A DNA stretch of 64,000 bases, taken from assembly GCF_006345805.1 (NCBI RefSeq), contig NC_043010.1, positions 27,280,001 through 27,344,000 on the forward strand. The letters are read 5' to 3'. Position numbers and translations under genes: made by a program. Position 1 is the first letter of the stretch; the number at the start of each line of letters is the position of its first letter. Positions 11,898 to 25,321 of the stretch are shown one piece after another. Origin of the DNA: Octopus sinensis. Its lineage: Eukaryota. Below the pieces are notes generated by a model. It worked only from the letters and a program-made list of their open reading frames with translations. It ran no database searches and was not told where the DNA came from.

Positions 11898-12296
11898 ATA
11901 ATCCATTCTATAGGCACAGGGCCTGAAATTTGTGGGAGAGTGTCAGTCGATTACAGCAAATCCCAGTACTCACTTTGTATTTATTTTACTGATCCTGAAA
12001 GGATGAAAGGCAAAGTCAACTGCGGCGGAATTTGAACTCAGAACGTGAAGACGGACGAAATACTTATTTCTTTACTACCCACAAGGGGCTAAACACAAAG
12101 AGGACAATCAAGGACAGACAAACGGATTAAGTCGATTATATTGACCCCAGTGCGAAACTGGTACTTATTTAATCGACCCCGAAAGGATGAAAGGCAAAGT
12201 CGACCTGGGCGGAATTTGAACTCAGAACTTAACGGCAGACGAAATACGGCTACGCATTTCGCCCGGCGTGCTTACGATTCTGCTAGCTCGCCACCT
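11898..12296 (-). mobile_element. SINE family B dimer (full monomer with tail 1 + headless monomer with tail 2)
   Basis: Two copies of GAGTTCAAATTCCGCC...CTTTCATCCTTTC joined at AAAGAAATA|AGTATTTCGTC. Confidence 0.8.
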
Positions 12297-13097
12297 AAAA
12301 CACTGGCGTAATAATAAAAGTAATTATTATTATTATCTTTGTACGTCAATCAAATCAGATGAATCCATAATTAGAAAAATGATATTTGAGACCAGTCTCA
12401 AAATGTTTTGACTCTCGTTCGTTTTAGCGACGAAGATTTTCAGGAGGATGTTCAAAGTGTTTTCATTGCTTCCCTCACCCAAGTTTTAAGGGGTGGCTTG
12501 CACCCCGCTGCACACCCTGTTCCAAGCCAACGAACCCGTTCCCCCATGTGCCTAAATTAAAACTCAGTATTTCTATGCATGGCTGCAGTTTGGCCGAATA
12601 ATTAAGGCGTTCGTTTCGCAACCACGCGGTCCCAAGTTCCATTCCATCGTACGACATCTTGGGGAAACGTTATTATTTTTTTTAGTCCCGAAACCAAAAT
12701 GAAGCAACAAGAAAGTGCATAGAATCCCGTCTGCTGGATTATACCGCAATTCTTTCAAGAACCAGCCTTGTGGGGCTGTGCCACGAATGATTCTGCTTAT
12801 CGTATGACATAAACGGCGGAGTCCGTGCGATGCTCAGCTATTTACAGGTTAATTCAGGAGCAGATAACTCACATGATCTAACAATCGTTTACACATCGTC
12901 GAATAACGGAAATGCACCTTATCTATGCATATATTTATGTATTTACATGCATCTGTAAATGAATCTATACGTGTGCATGTGTATATGCACATGTATGCAT
13001 ACATATAAATATGAGTGTGTATGTGAGTGCATATGTGGATATTTATATATGCACATAGATGCGGGATAATATAAGTGTATATGCGTGCATGCAACTG

Positions 13098-13129
<32 letters not shown>

Positions 13130-13299
13130 TATATATCTATTCATTACTAAATGTGTATACATTCTCATGTAAGAATGCGTGTATGTATATCCGCTCTGAT
13201 GAGCATGTGTGTGAACAGACACAATAAGTGCTGTGTATGGCATGTGACTGCACTATATATAAACGAATGTATTAAACATATGCACATATATATATGTAT

Positions 13300-13308
13300 A
13301 TATATATA

Positions 13309-13354
<46 letters not shown>

Positions 13355-13488
13355 TCTGTGTGGCAAGTGACTACACAATATAAGGATATATATAATACAC
13401 ACACATATATCATAATTACAAAGAGAGAGAGAAAGAGGAACAGAGAGACAGACAGACAGGTGCACAACAGAGAGGAAGATAGATATGC

Positions 13489-13523
<35 letters not shown>

Positions 13524-13947
13524 CGTATGTGTGTATGTATGCGTATGTATGCATGGAAGTATGCATCCATGCTTACATACGTGCGCATCACTGCATGCCA
13601 CTCATGCATGTGTGCACATGTGCGTGTCCAGGGGTGGGTGTAGTTGACGTTGTCATTATTTTTCCGTTATTACTTATTAAATTGCCATCAAGTGGTTATT
13701 CAGCCTCACTTAATGAAATCCTCACGCGGCGTGCGCTCAATAGTGCACATGTATTATGCACACGAGCTTGCACGTACGAATGTCTGCAAGCGCCGGTGGC
13801 AGCGGTGGAGAGCGATGTGCTGTGGCGTCCACACAAGTGCAAGCAAACAAGTGAAAAAGTGCAGCTGAACGCAGAACGAGAATGCAACCGCCCACGCGAA
13901 TATTGCACATCACGCAGAAACGTACATGTGTGCTACACACACACACA

Positions 13948-14010
<63 letters not shown>

Positions 14011-14066
14011 CACGTACGCACGTCCATTTGCATGTATCTATTATGTATGTATGTGTATTGAAATAT

Positions 14067-14118
<52 letters not shown>

Positions 14119-14132
14119 GTGTGTGTGTGTGT

Positions 14133-14179
<47 letters not shown>

Positions 14180-14311
14180 GTTTACATAAGTAAATATATT
14201 TATGTACATGATTACATATCCGCATGCATTTAAGAATACATATGTATTCATACACACACACACATGTATGCATTTGAATATATATGCATATATATATATA
14301 ATATATATATA

Positions 14312-14343
<32 letters not shown>

Positions 14344-14478
14344 CTCTGTGTGGCAAGTGACTACACAATATAAGGATCTATATAATACACACACATATAT
14401 CATAATTACAAAGAGAGAGAGAAAGAGGAACAGAGAGACAGACAGACAGGTGCACAACAGAGAGGAAGATAGATATGC

Positions 14479-14515
<37 letters not shown>

Positions 14516-14948
14516 CGTATGTGTGTATGTATGCGTATGTATGCATGGAAGTATGCATCCATGCTTACATACGTGCGCATCACTGCATGCCACTCATGCA
14601 TGTGTGCACATGTGCGTGTCCAGGGGTGGGTGTAGTTGACGTTGTCATTATTTTTTTCCGTTATTACTTATTTTAAATTGCCATCAAGGTGGTTATTCAG
14701 CCTCACTTAATGAAATCCTCACGCGGCGTGCGCTCAATAGTGCACATGTATTATGCACACGAGCTTGCACGTACGAATGTCTGCAAGCGCCGGTGGCAGC
14801 GGTGGAGAGCGATGTGCTGTGGCGTCCACACAAGTGCAAGCAAACAAGTGAAAAAGTGCAGCTGAACGCAGAACGAGAATGCAACCGCCCACGCGAATAT
14901 TGCACATCACGCAGAAACGTACATGTGTGCTACACACACTCACACACA

Positions 14949-15009
<61 letters not shown>

Positions 15010-15288
15010 ACGTACGCACGTCCATTTGCATGTATCTATTATGTATGTATGTGTATTGAAATATTTAAATATATATATAATATATATATATATATGTGTG
15101 TGTGTGTTTGTGTGTGTGGTATGTGTGTGTGTATGTGTTGTGTGTGTGTGTGTGTGTGTGTGTATTGTTTACATAAGTAAATATATTTATGTACATGATT
15201 ACATATCCGCATGCATTTAAGAATACATATATGTATTCATACACACACACGTATGCATTTGAATATATTGGCATATATATTATATATA

Positions 15289-15290
<2 letters not shown>
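13300..15290 (+). repeat. Direct tandem duplication of an approximately 990 bp unit
   Basis: CTCTGTGTGGCAAG at 13354 and 14344; the unique GC-rich core is nearly identical; breakpoints lie in (TA)n. Confidence 0.93.
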
Positions 15291-15326
<36 letters not shown>

Positions 15327-15749
15327 CACCCATACATATATATGTGATTGGAACATTGATATATGAATATATACGTGTGTGTGTGTGTGTGTGTGTACGT
15401 GCGTGCGTGTGTAAGGAACAGACTACTATTAACTTTATCATATATATATTTATATACGTATGTATGTATGTATGTATGTATACATGTGTCTAATATACCT
15501 CGACAATGTGTACCTTTATCTTTATAATGGTAAACTAAAATGCGCTGCCCTCGTCACGCGCGGATGTATACATGCATAACTGCGAAAGGTATTTACGTCG
15601 TCGAAAATATAACCAAACAAATCGGTGCGTCAAGTAAAACTCCTCTGTGGTCTTTTTCTCCTCGGCTTTCATAGTCACTCCCCCTGTCACTCACGCCATA
15701 AATATTCGGTACACAGAGGGCGGACCAATATGTAAACGTCTGATTATAT

Positions 15750-15928
15750 ACTCTTTTCTACTCTAGGCACAAGGCCCGAAATTTTTGGAGAGGGGACCAG
15801 TCGAGTGAATCGAAAGGATGACAGGCAACGTCGACCTCGGAAAATTTGAACTCAGAACGTAGCGGCAGACGAAATACCGCTAAGCATTTCGCCCGGTGTA
15901 CTAACGATTCTGCCAGCTCGCCACCTTG
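15750..15928 (-). mobile_element. SINE family B, internally deleted
   Basis: Head AAGGTGGCGAGCTGGCAGAATCG and tail AGGCACAAGGCCCGAAATTT present; middle missing. Confidence 0.8.
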
Positions 15929-16011
15929 ATAATAGATATATGCTAAGGTCTTATAGGAATGAGTTGGAAAAAAAACAAAACAACAATTCGAATAAATAAG
16001 ATTGCAATAAA

Positions 16012-16275
16012 TAGGCGTGGCTGTGTGCTAAGTAAGAAGCTTGCTTCCCAACAACATGGTTCCAGACTCACTCCCACTGCGTTGCACCTTGGGCAAATGT
16101 CTTCTATTATAGCCTCGGGCCGATCAAAGCCTTGTGAGTGGATTTGGTAGACGGAAACTGAAAGAAGCCTGACGTCATATATATATATATATTTTTGTGT
16201 GTCTGTGTTTGTCTCCCCAATATCGCTTGACAACCGATGCTGGTGTGTTTATGTCCCTCGTAACTTAGCGGTTAA
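16012..16275 (+). mobile_element. SINE family A, 3' truncated
   Basis: Head, core and start of the 3' module. Confidence 0.82.
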
Positions 16276-16688
16276 CGAGGTTAACTGTATCCACCCAAAA
16301 GTTTGGCTATGGATGTAAATGAGGTCGGTCGATCGGTTGAATGACGCACAACTCTACACTGTCGCACAACTTACGCGAAGCCTCAACCAAATCCCTCCTT
16401 AAAAACCTAAGGATACAGTAGGCTAGGAATACTGTCTTTGGTACAAGAGATGAATATGAGGGGATGGCCGTCATCTGATCACTTTTGACGAAGACGCTAC
16501 CTCAGAAACTGATAGCTTGTTTAACGAGGCTCCATAGCTGATGATAACAAGTGAACAGTGAATGTCACAACTAATATTCCTGACCATAACTTATAATTTC
16601 AGGTTGTAGCTTCTGGGCAAGTTCATGATGTCACAACTTTGACAGTTGTTTCGGTTCATGCTCGATCCTGAAGACCGAGCACACTGTC

Positions 16689-17014
16689 TACAGCTTTGGT
16701 CAAAGTTATGGAGCAGGTATGGAAAACAATAGAGAATATGATTGAAACTGATTTACTTAATAATTGAAAACAGTATAATAAACATTCTAGAGTCTTTTTT
16801 GCTTTTTATTACCGCTTTTATGCCAACTTAGTCTCAAGTATGCAAAAACAAATAAAAGCGGTTATAAAAGAAAAAGGAGGACACATCAAATACTAATTAT
16901 TTATAGAATTTATTCTAGAATGTTTATTATATTGTTTTCAATTATTAAGTAAATGAGTTTCAATCATATTCTCTGTTTTTTCATACCTGCTCCACAATTT
17001 TGGCCAACGCTGTA
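16689..17014. mobile_element. Tc1-derived MITE with about 100 bp TIRs and TA TSD
   Basis: TA-CAGCTTTGGTCAAAG...CATTCTAGA versus its reverse complement ending TTGGCCAACGCTG-TA; internal remnant IKAVIKEKGGHIKY* is a Tc1 C-terminus. Confidence 0.87.
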
Positions 17015-17450
17015 TACACTCCATCCAGGTTGATTAAACAAATCGTGCTACACGCCAGTCAGACTTTCTTCCAAATGTTCTTAAGAGAATATATATGGTA
17101 GAAACCCATATGTATCCTGTAAATGTTGGCAGTGTCTGTATATTCAATCGTATTAATTTTCACCCGACTTTCTTTGTCTATTAAAAGAAGTCTATTATTT
17201 ATTCAAAAGTAATTTCTTGGGAGCGAAATCAGTGCTATTTCAATTTTTTTCCTACTCCTCTTTAGAGAAAGCCAATTAAATTACCAGAAAAATAAACCCG
17301 GTAAAAAGAAATGATAAAACTATACTCGTGTTAAAGAGAGATGAAGTAGATATCCGAACACGCCGAAGTCATTTTTATTTTTTGTTGCGAAGTGACACAA
17401 AGGCATATATATTTCAGCGAGTAAATCGTAGTAAAAGAATGTTCAACAAA

Positions 17451-17886
<436 letters not shown>

Positions 17887-17896
17887 TGATACATTT

Positions 17897-18310
17897 TAAA
17901 TTTTGGCACGAGACCATCAGTTTTGAAAGGTGGGGCAAATCTATTACATCGACATCAGTACTTCACTGGTACTTTATTGAATCGACTGAATGAAAAGGTA
18001 AGGTTGACCTCCGCAGGATATGTACTCAAATCGTAAAGAACCGGAACACTCACCGCAATGCCCTTTTCTGCTTTTCTAAACATGCCGCAAATCTAGCGCC
18101 CTTAAAAGGTAAGCATTGGGACAAGGCTTGAAATATTGAAAGGTGCGAGTCTGTTACGTTGACATGAAAACCTAATCTGCACTTTATTTCATTACCCTCA
18201 AAAGTATGAAAGGCAAAGTTGATCTCGGAGACATCTGAACTTTGACCGTAAACAGCCGGAACAAATAATGCAAGACAATTTGTCCGACGCTTCAATGATT
18301 CTGCCAACGA
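17897..18310 (-). mobile_element. Two decayed family B SINEs
   Basis: AAATTTTGGCACGAG tail, ACTGGTACTT, GAAAGGCAAAGTTGA motifs. Confidence 0.6.
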
Positions 18311-19089
18311 ATTAATCGTAGAGGGCGCCAACCCGTTGCAACTACCAAAGCACGTACGACAAACGTAACGAGGAAGGAGTCTCAACGCAGACGCTTGACC
18401 AACTTGAAAACAAAATCCAGTCCAAACTACAGTCACACTTTATTATTTTCTAAAGACACATTAATTAATCCAATCCTAGGTACATAATGCCCTGAATAAA
18501 ATTGCAAGTTAGACATGTCTAGACCACCTATGTTTATTTTTCTGCAAAGTCAATGCGGACTTGTGGTAGATAGCAACTCCCTACAAGGTATTTCATAGAA
18601 CAAATAGAAACGTTTAAGAAGAAATACTAGCTAAATCTCTCACAATTCATATTGTACAGTTTTAAAGAAAAACAGGAACTACATATAGGACATTATAGTT
18701 TGAGATGAACTTTTTTCAGACAAAAAATGATAATAATAAACAAGAGGGTCAACAATATAAAACAAATCTTTCGTCGCTGGTTTGTTAAAAGCGAAACAAG
18801 AACAACAACAAAACTTGAAGGAGTTGCGAACCAGTTCTCTCAAGCTCTTTGAATGCAGCTGCACAGCTATTCCTTTCTACATGCACTCGTGCAGTATCAT
18901 TAATCTAGTTTATCTAGCTCTGCATACCAGGTGACGATCACATTTTCTACAGGACGAGTAAGGGCTGAGCCTGTTGTCAACCACAAACAGCGTCAGTTAT
19001 GTATGTGACAGAGATTTTCTGATGCGCAAATAGCTGCACTGACTAAGCTGATGGCTGACACAGCTGTAGGCAAAAGAATTTGTACGCAT

Positions 19090-19157
19090 GATATATGGAC
19101 ACATACGTACATACATACAGAAGTATACATACGTATATATATATATATATATATATA

Positions 19158-19189
<32 letters not shown>

Positions 19190-19418
19190 AATATATATCA
19201 ATATGTATATATATACAAATATATAAATATAAATGCATATATATATATGCGTACACATACATATACATATATGCACGCATACATACATGCATGCATATAT
19301 ATATATACATACATACAGGCATACATACATACACATATACAAGTACGTACACAACTACCTACTCGTATATATATATATATATATATATATACATACATAT
19401 ATATATATATACATACGC

Positions 19419-19497
<79 letters not shown>

Positions 19498-19500
19498 TAT
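19090..19500. repeat. (TA)n/(TACA)n microsatellite field
   Basis: Direct reading. Confidence 0.95.
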
Positions 19501-20639
19501 ATGGGTATAGGACATGACAAACAGTAAACAACATGAAATACGAAAACAAATGAGTTGAATACGCAAACAACAAGAGAAACAAATGGAAAACAGGACAAGT
19601 AACATTAAGAACGACCCTTCAGTTGTCGGTTGTGTATCTACTCCTCATTTCGAGCATTATACAAGCACATAGCTTTTGGGAGCTTTTTTGAAGCACAATA
19701 GTGATGGCTAGCAATGCTTTGCGCAACAAGGGCAGAAATTGGTGGAATATGTTCCTAAATTTTCTCTTTAGTCTTGTGCTCATGCCGTGAGATAGTTTGA
19801 ACGTGCATGAGGAAGTCTGGTGCACGTATCAACAAAGCGATCAAGAATCTTATTCTTTATAGCAAAGGTTTTGGTACCATAGAGAAGGAATACTCTTGAC
19901 ACACGCCCAGAAGTGGGCCAGCCTTGTTGTCTTTGAAATACATGATTGCCATATGTTCTGATGCTTGTTACAGGCACTTGTAGCTTATCCTTTGCGTGTC
20001 AGGAAGTCATCGTTACTGTCAGCAGTGTGTAACCGAAAGTACTTGAAAATATTGACCTACTTGACTATAGTCTATATGTGTGGTGTGGGTACGCATGTGT
20101 GCGCGTGTGTATTGTTGTATAAAAGTCTATCAACTGTAAGAATAAAATAAAAATGTGTTTTATATCCTTGGAGACAGATAATCCTGTGAAAGTCTAGAAA
20201 AAGTGATGAATATGGTAAGCTTGAAGACTTTCATTGAGACGAACTAATGGCTGCTCTCAATATCGTATATATATATATATATATATATATACGCATATAG
20301 TACGCCTGGCAAGATGCTTAGCGGCATTTCGTCCTGAGTTCAAATACTGAGTTTAAATTCCACTGTCTTTAGCCCCTTGACGTCGGTATTACCCGAAGCA
20401 TGCGAGACACTGCTCTGGTTTTTTTTATCTAATGAGGCTACACAAACACACAAGTGTCAACGAGCTCGCGTCTATTTACGTTCACCGTGACAATAATATA
20501 GCGTCGTACATTTATTTTACAGGAACGATAGACCTATAAACTAGAAGCTACAGGAAAAATTTCAACAGAATCGGTGTTGTGGATATCGTAGTCATGACAG
20601 AAGATGACATGAGACGCCTAAGATTGAGCTATGACTAGA

Positions 20640-21160
20640 AACATTATACAATCAGACTGCATTTCGACTTTACTTCTTTTTCATCAGCTGAAGGTCTACC
20701 TTAAGTTTATCAAGGTGATACTGGGAAATGATGTATAAAGTTTATTGAAGTTGTAGAGAAAAATATGGGCAAGTTACTAGGGTTCCACAACGAAAGTTCT
20801 TCTAATGAAGAACTGATGCTTCTAGAACAAAAGTGAGCTTCAGGGTACGAAGCGGGTATGAAAGCTCCAATCATTCCACTTTAGTTAACTCAAAGACTAT
20901 GACTAGAGTGTTGGCACCTATAGAGGAAATTTTGTAAGGCTTTACGAAAAACAATCCTAATCGCGAACGTAAAATTTAAAGAGTTCATAATGAACTCAGT
21001 TCTTACACTGAGTTTCACAAACATATAGGAAGTTATAAAAACTAATTTTGAATAAGTTCTCTCTTGGAGTAGAAGTTGATGGTATGATTTACAGGGCAGA
21101 AGATAGTACATCTTTTCCTGCCAGTAAATCCACACTGCATTACCTCCCATCACAAAGTAA
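20640..21160 (+). mobile_element. Decayed pogo/Tigger-like transposase C-terminus
   Basis: EVVEKNMGKLLGFHNESSSNEELMLLE and NNPNRERK resemble Tigger ELLxSHxxELTNEEL and DPNxER motifs; many stops. Confidence 0.5.
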
Positions 21161-21594
21161 TCGATATCGATTTTCCTTTTGTGGTGAGCTGAACCCAACA
21201 AAGATGTTACTAAATTTTCTTGATTCGTTTATGTATTTCACATCAAATGTTTTTATGTACAAACGCTACACAGTGTGTACGATCGAAAATTGTTATTTCC
21301 ATGAATAAAAGTGGTTGTATAACATTTTACTGATTAAAAATTTCAGTTTATATCACAAGAATCAATGGGAAATGTAAACACATGTGTGTATAAAATTTGA
21401 TGGCCCCATGTAAAAAATATATACATATACATACATACATACATACATACATACATACATACATACATACATACATACATACGTACATACATACATATAA
21501 TATATACATATATGTATGTGTGTGTGTGTGTGTATTCACAGCAACAGCGTTTCAAAGATATACTCTCATTCTCTCTCTCTCTTTAGTTCTCTCT

Positions 21595-21632
<38 letters not shown>

Positions 21633-21645
21633 CATAGAGAGGAGG

Positions 21646-21733
21646 AGAAGAGAAGAAGAAGAAGAAGAAGAAGAAGAAGAAGAAGAAGAAGAAGAAGAAG
21701 AAGAAGAAGAAGAAGAAGAAGAAGAAGAAGAAA
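21646..21733 (+). repeat. (GAA)n microsatellite
   Basis: Direct reading. Confidence 0.97.
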
Positions 21734-21875
21734 AAGCGGGGAGAGAGAGCATTTGGAACACCGTGCTAGCAAAATTCCGTATCTGAAAGTCAAATCTTCA
21801 AGAAATAAGTATCCGGTTTCCATTCCAATGCTTAGGAATAACATACATACATACATACATACATGCATACACACA

Positions 21876-21920
<45 letters not shown>

Positions 21921-22125
21921 TCATTCATCATTTCATATTGTGATTATTTTATCCTTTTCATATATTCGGGTTTGATGTTATGCAAGGCGTTATATAAGTC
22001 AATAGTCTGATTAGTTTATATATTCTGAAAGTGAAAAATAATCTTTGCCTGAAACTATTAGACACTATAGTTATCTTCATTTTCCATGGTATTTAAACTA
22101 CCTACAAATATTTCAAAGATCTTTT

Positions 22126-22343
22126 TTAACCCTTCTGTTGCCATATTGCGGCTGAAATGTACTAACTTTGTTTCAATTAATTTTGATTTAGTAAAAAGTA
22201 ATATCCAGCCAGCAATCTGGTTCTTGGGACACCTTTTAACATGAAATTTTCATCGACGATTTTAATTTAGATCGCTTCGAAACAGGAAGTGTGTATCAGA
22301 GAACCATGCGAGTTCTCTGGTGGATTGATATGAAAATGGTTAA
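22126..22343. mobile_element. TTAA-flanked piggyBac-like MITE, diverged
   Basis: TTAA-CCCTTCTG...GAAAATGG-TTAA ends. Confidence 0.45.
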
Positions 22344-22354
22344 TTGAGATATTT

Positions 22355-22575
22355 TAACAATGGTTTCAAATTTCGGCAGAAGGCCAGCAATTTCAGGGAA
22401 GGGCTAAGATGATTTCATCGACCCCAGTGCTCTACTGGTACTTATTTTATCGACCCCGAAAAGATGAAAAGCAAAGTCAACTATTACGGAATTTGAATTC
22501 AGAACATAAAGACAAATGAAATGCTGCTAAGCATTTTGTCCGGCATGATAAAGATTCTGCCAGCTCGCCGCCTTG
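22355..22575 (-). mobile_element. SINE family B
   Basis: Head to tail 2 match. Confidence 0.8.
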
Positions 22576-22764
22576 AGGAATTTTAATTAGAACTGCTTTA
22601 CAATATATACTCTTAATTTATTTTGTGTGGAATCTAATTATCTCCCGATAATATTACAGAAAAGAGTCGAGCACTTTGTATAAACCTGATTTGATATCAG
22701 CAAATAGAATTTGTTAGTCTTCCGTGGTATTTGAAACCGCCTACTAACTTTTTGAATACTCTCT

Positions 22765-22991
22765 CTTTACTCTGTTACTCTTTTACTTGTTTCAGTCATT
22801 TGACTGCAGCCATGCTGGAGCACCGCCTTTAGTCGAGCAAATCGACCTCAGGACTTATTCTTTGTATTATTCTAGTACTTATTCTATCGGTCTCTTTTGC
22901 CGAACTGCTAAGTTACGGGGACGTTATCACACCAGCATCGGCTGTCAAGCGATGTTGGGGGGACAAACACAGACGCACAAGCATATACACT

Positions 22992-23060
<69 letters not shown>

Positions 23061-23208
23061 GACGGGCTTCTTTCAGTTTCCGTCTACCAAATCCACTCAC
23101 AAGGCTTTGGTCGGCCCGAGGCTATAGTAGAAGACACTTGCCCAAGTTGCCGCGTAGTGGGACTGAACCCGGAAACATGTGGCTGGTAAGCAAGCTACTT
23201 ACCACACA
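22765..23208 (-). mobile_element. SINE family A, near full length
   Basis: Matches the consensus. Confidence 0.88.
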
Positions 23209-23239
23209 TCCACTGATCAGTAGATAACTTTTTCCCTTT

Positions 23240-23445
23240 TATTAAAGGCACAAGCCCTGAAAACTTAAGCGGAGATGTTGTTATTTACATCGACCCCAGT
23301 GCCCAACTGATACTTATTTAAGCGATCCCGAAAGGATGAAAAGCAAAATCGACCTGAATGATATTTGAAATCGGGTCGTAATGCGGAAGAAAAGCGTTAA
23401 GCATTTTGCACGGCGTGGGAACGATTCTGCTGGTTTGCCGCCTAA
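23240..23445 (-). mobile_element. SINE family B, diverged
   Basis: ATCGACCCCAGTG...GAAAGGATGAAAAGCAAA motifs. Confidence 0.72.
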
Positions 23446-23944
23446 AATGATGAATTTTAATAACCATGTGTAAAACTTAGCTCTTGCACAATTTCCATGG
23501 TCCAGCCTTATTCTAAGTTCTTAATATAATTACTTGGTATGCCTGTACAACAAATAGGGAAGGTTTCTGGGAAAGATATTTCTTGAGCAGTATCTTAGAA
23601 CAGGCTGCATTATTGCATTCTCCAAGCAAGATGAGGAACGTCCTAGTTACCATCATTTGTATTTGTTCACCATCCAAAACTTTTAGCGTAATCACGAGGA
23701 TAGCCTGGAAGAGGGCGTGATGTATGAAGCAAGACAACAGTCTAAAACTCACACCTACTATTTACTTCAACTCATCTTCATTGAAAATAGCGTACAATCG
23801 ATGATTGGCAAGGGTCGTGAACAAGAAAATCTGCCCGTTACCATATGAAGTGCAATTGCAACTCTCAGTTGTGAGATTCTTCAGACACACAGCTATGACA
23901 TTCAGCAACCGGAACAGTTTGTCAAACACAATAAACCACTCTTG

Positions 23945-24310
23945 AAGGCAGAATCGTTAGCATGCCGGGCGAAATGCTTGAACGATATTTCGCCTGTCTT
24001 TACGTTCTGAGTTCATATGCCGCCGGAGTCAACATTGCCTTTCATCCTTTCGAGGTCGATAAATTAAGTACCAGTGAAACACTGGAGTTGATGTAATCGA
24101 CTGGTTCCCTCCCCCGAAATTTCAGGCCTTGTGCCTATAGTAGAAAGGATTATTCTCTTCTCTCTCACTCTATTTTTCAAATTCCGCCGAGGTCGACTTT
24201 GCCTTCCTTTCGGGGTCGATAAATTAAGTACCAGTTACATACTGGGATCGATCTAATCGACTGGCCCCATCTCCTAAAATGTCAGTCCTTGTACCTAGAG
24301 TAGAAAAGAA
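23945..24310 (+). mobile_element. SINE family B plus an adjacent 5'-truncated copy
   Basis: Two GGTCGATAAATTAAGTACCAG modules, each ending in GTAGAAA. Confidence 0.8.
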
Positions 24311-25140
24311 TAAACCACTCTTGCTTCCAAATTCACAAAAAACTTTCTCAACGTTCGAATATTTTATGATATCTGCCTTGAGAAGAATAATTTTCTTTGG
24401 TATTTCTCCTGGAATGGTGAAAGCACTTAAAACCAAGGTTATTTGAGTTAAATTTTCATCTATCTATGCAAATTACTTGCGCAATGGAAGTATATATTGA
24501 TGCAAATTTATTCACAGCCAACACGACTGTTCATTTTATTTTTAAACCATTGCTCAACCTTGCAAGTATTGACTACCCTGTACCTATGTGAAATATTAGC
24601 AAAGGATCTGGACAAGCTGCAGTTTTGAAGCAAGCCAAGTTGAAAGTGTGTGCTTAGTGTAGAATGTCACATAGACTTGTATTTGAAGCTATCTCTGCCA
24701 TATTAACAAAAATACGAGACATAACAGGAATATGTATGTAGTCACAGCCTTACTCTCTGAGGATCTCAGATTAATTCAGTCCGTTCTTTTAAAGGATATT
24801 TCTGCTGACAGGTTGAGAGCATGCCTCGGTGAAACCTCTATTTGGAGACAAGATGAAAAATTCATCCCTGTACCAAGTTAAAGAGTTGCACTTGAAAGAG
24901 GTATCTCAACGCGCCAGTTTGCAAGATTTTACTTCGGTTGGTAAAAGATCAATGGTCAGTTAACATTGACAATGTGTGTGGAAGTCGGGAGGGGGAGATA
25001 AAGAAATACAAAAAAAAAAATTTTTTTCAAATTTACTCGATGTTACTTGGACTCTTCATCCTGTACTGAGCTACCATCCAACTTTGTATCCAATGATATC
25101 TGTGCGTAATATTGGTTTCAAATATCTGTGCGTAATATTG

Positions 25141-25321
25141 GTTTCAAATTTTGGCACAAAGCCAGCAAATTCGGGAGAAGGGCTAAATCCATTACATCAA
25201 CCCCAGTGCTCGATCCAAAAGGGATGAAAGACTAAGTCGACCTCGGCAGAATTTGAACTGAGAGTGTAAAGACGGACGATTCGGTCCGGCACGGTAACGA
25301 TTCTGCCAATTTGCCGCCTTA
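25141..25321 (-). mobile_element. SINE family B; 26 bp tandem duplication (25096-25147) at its 3' junction
   Basis: ATATCTGTGCGTAATATTGGTTTCAA occurs twice, abutting the SINE tail. Confidence 0.78.

Noticed and set aside
19520-19645. Repeat with a CCCTTCAG motif resembling a hammerhead 5' core
   Set aside because: No matching GAAA or stems.
23480-24960. Coding-like sequence interrupted by SINEs
   Set aside because: Stops in all frames; no motif can be assigned with confidence.
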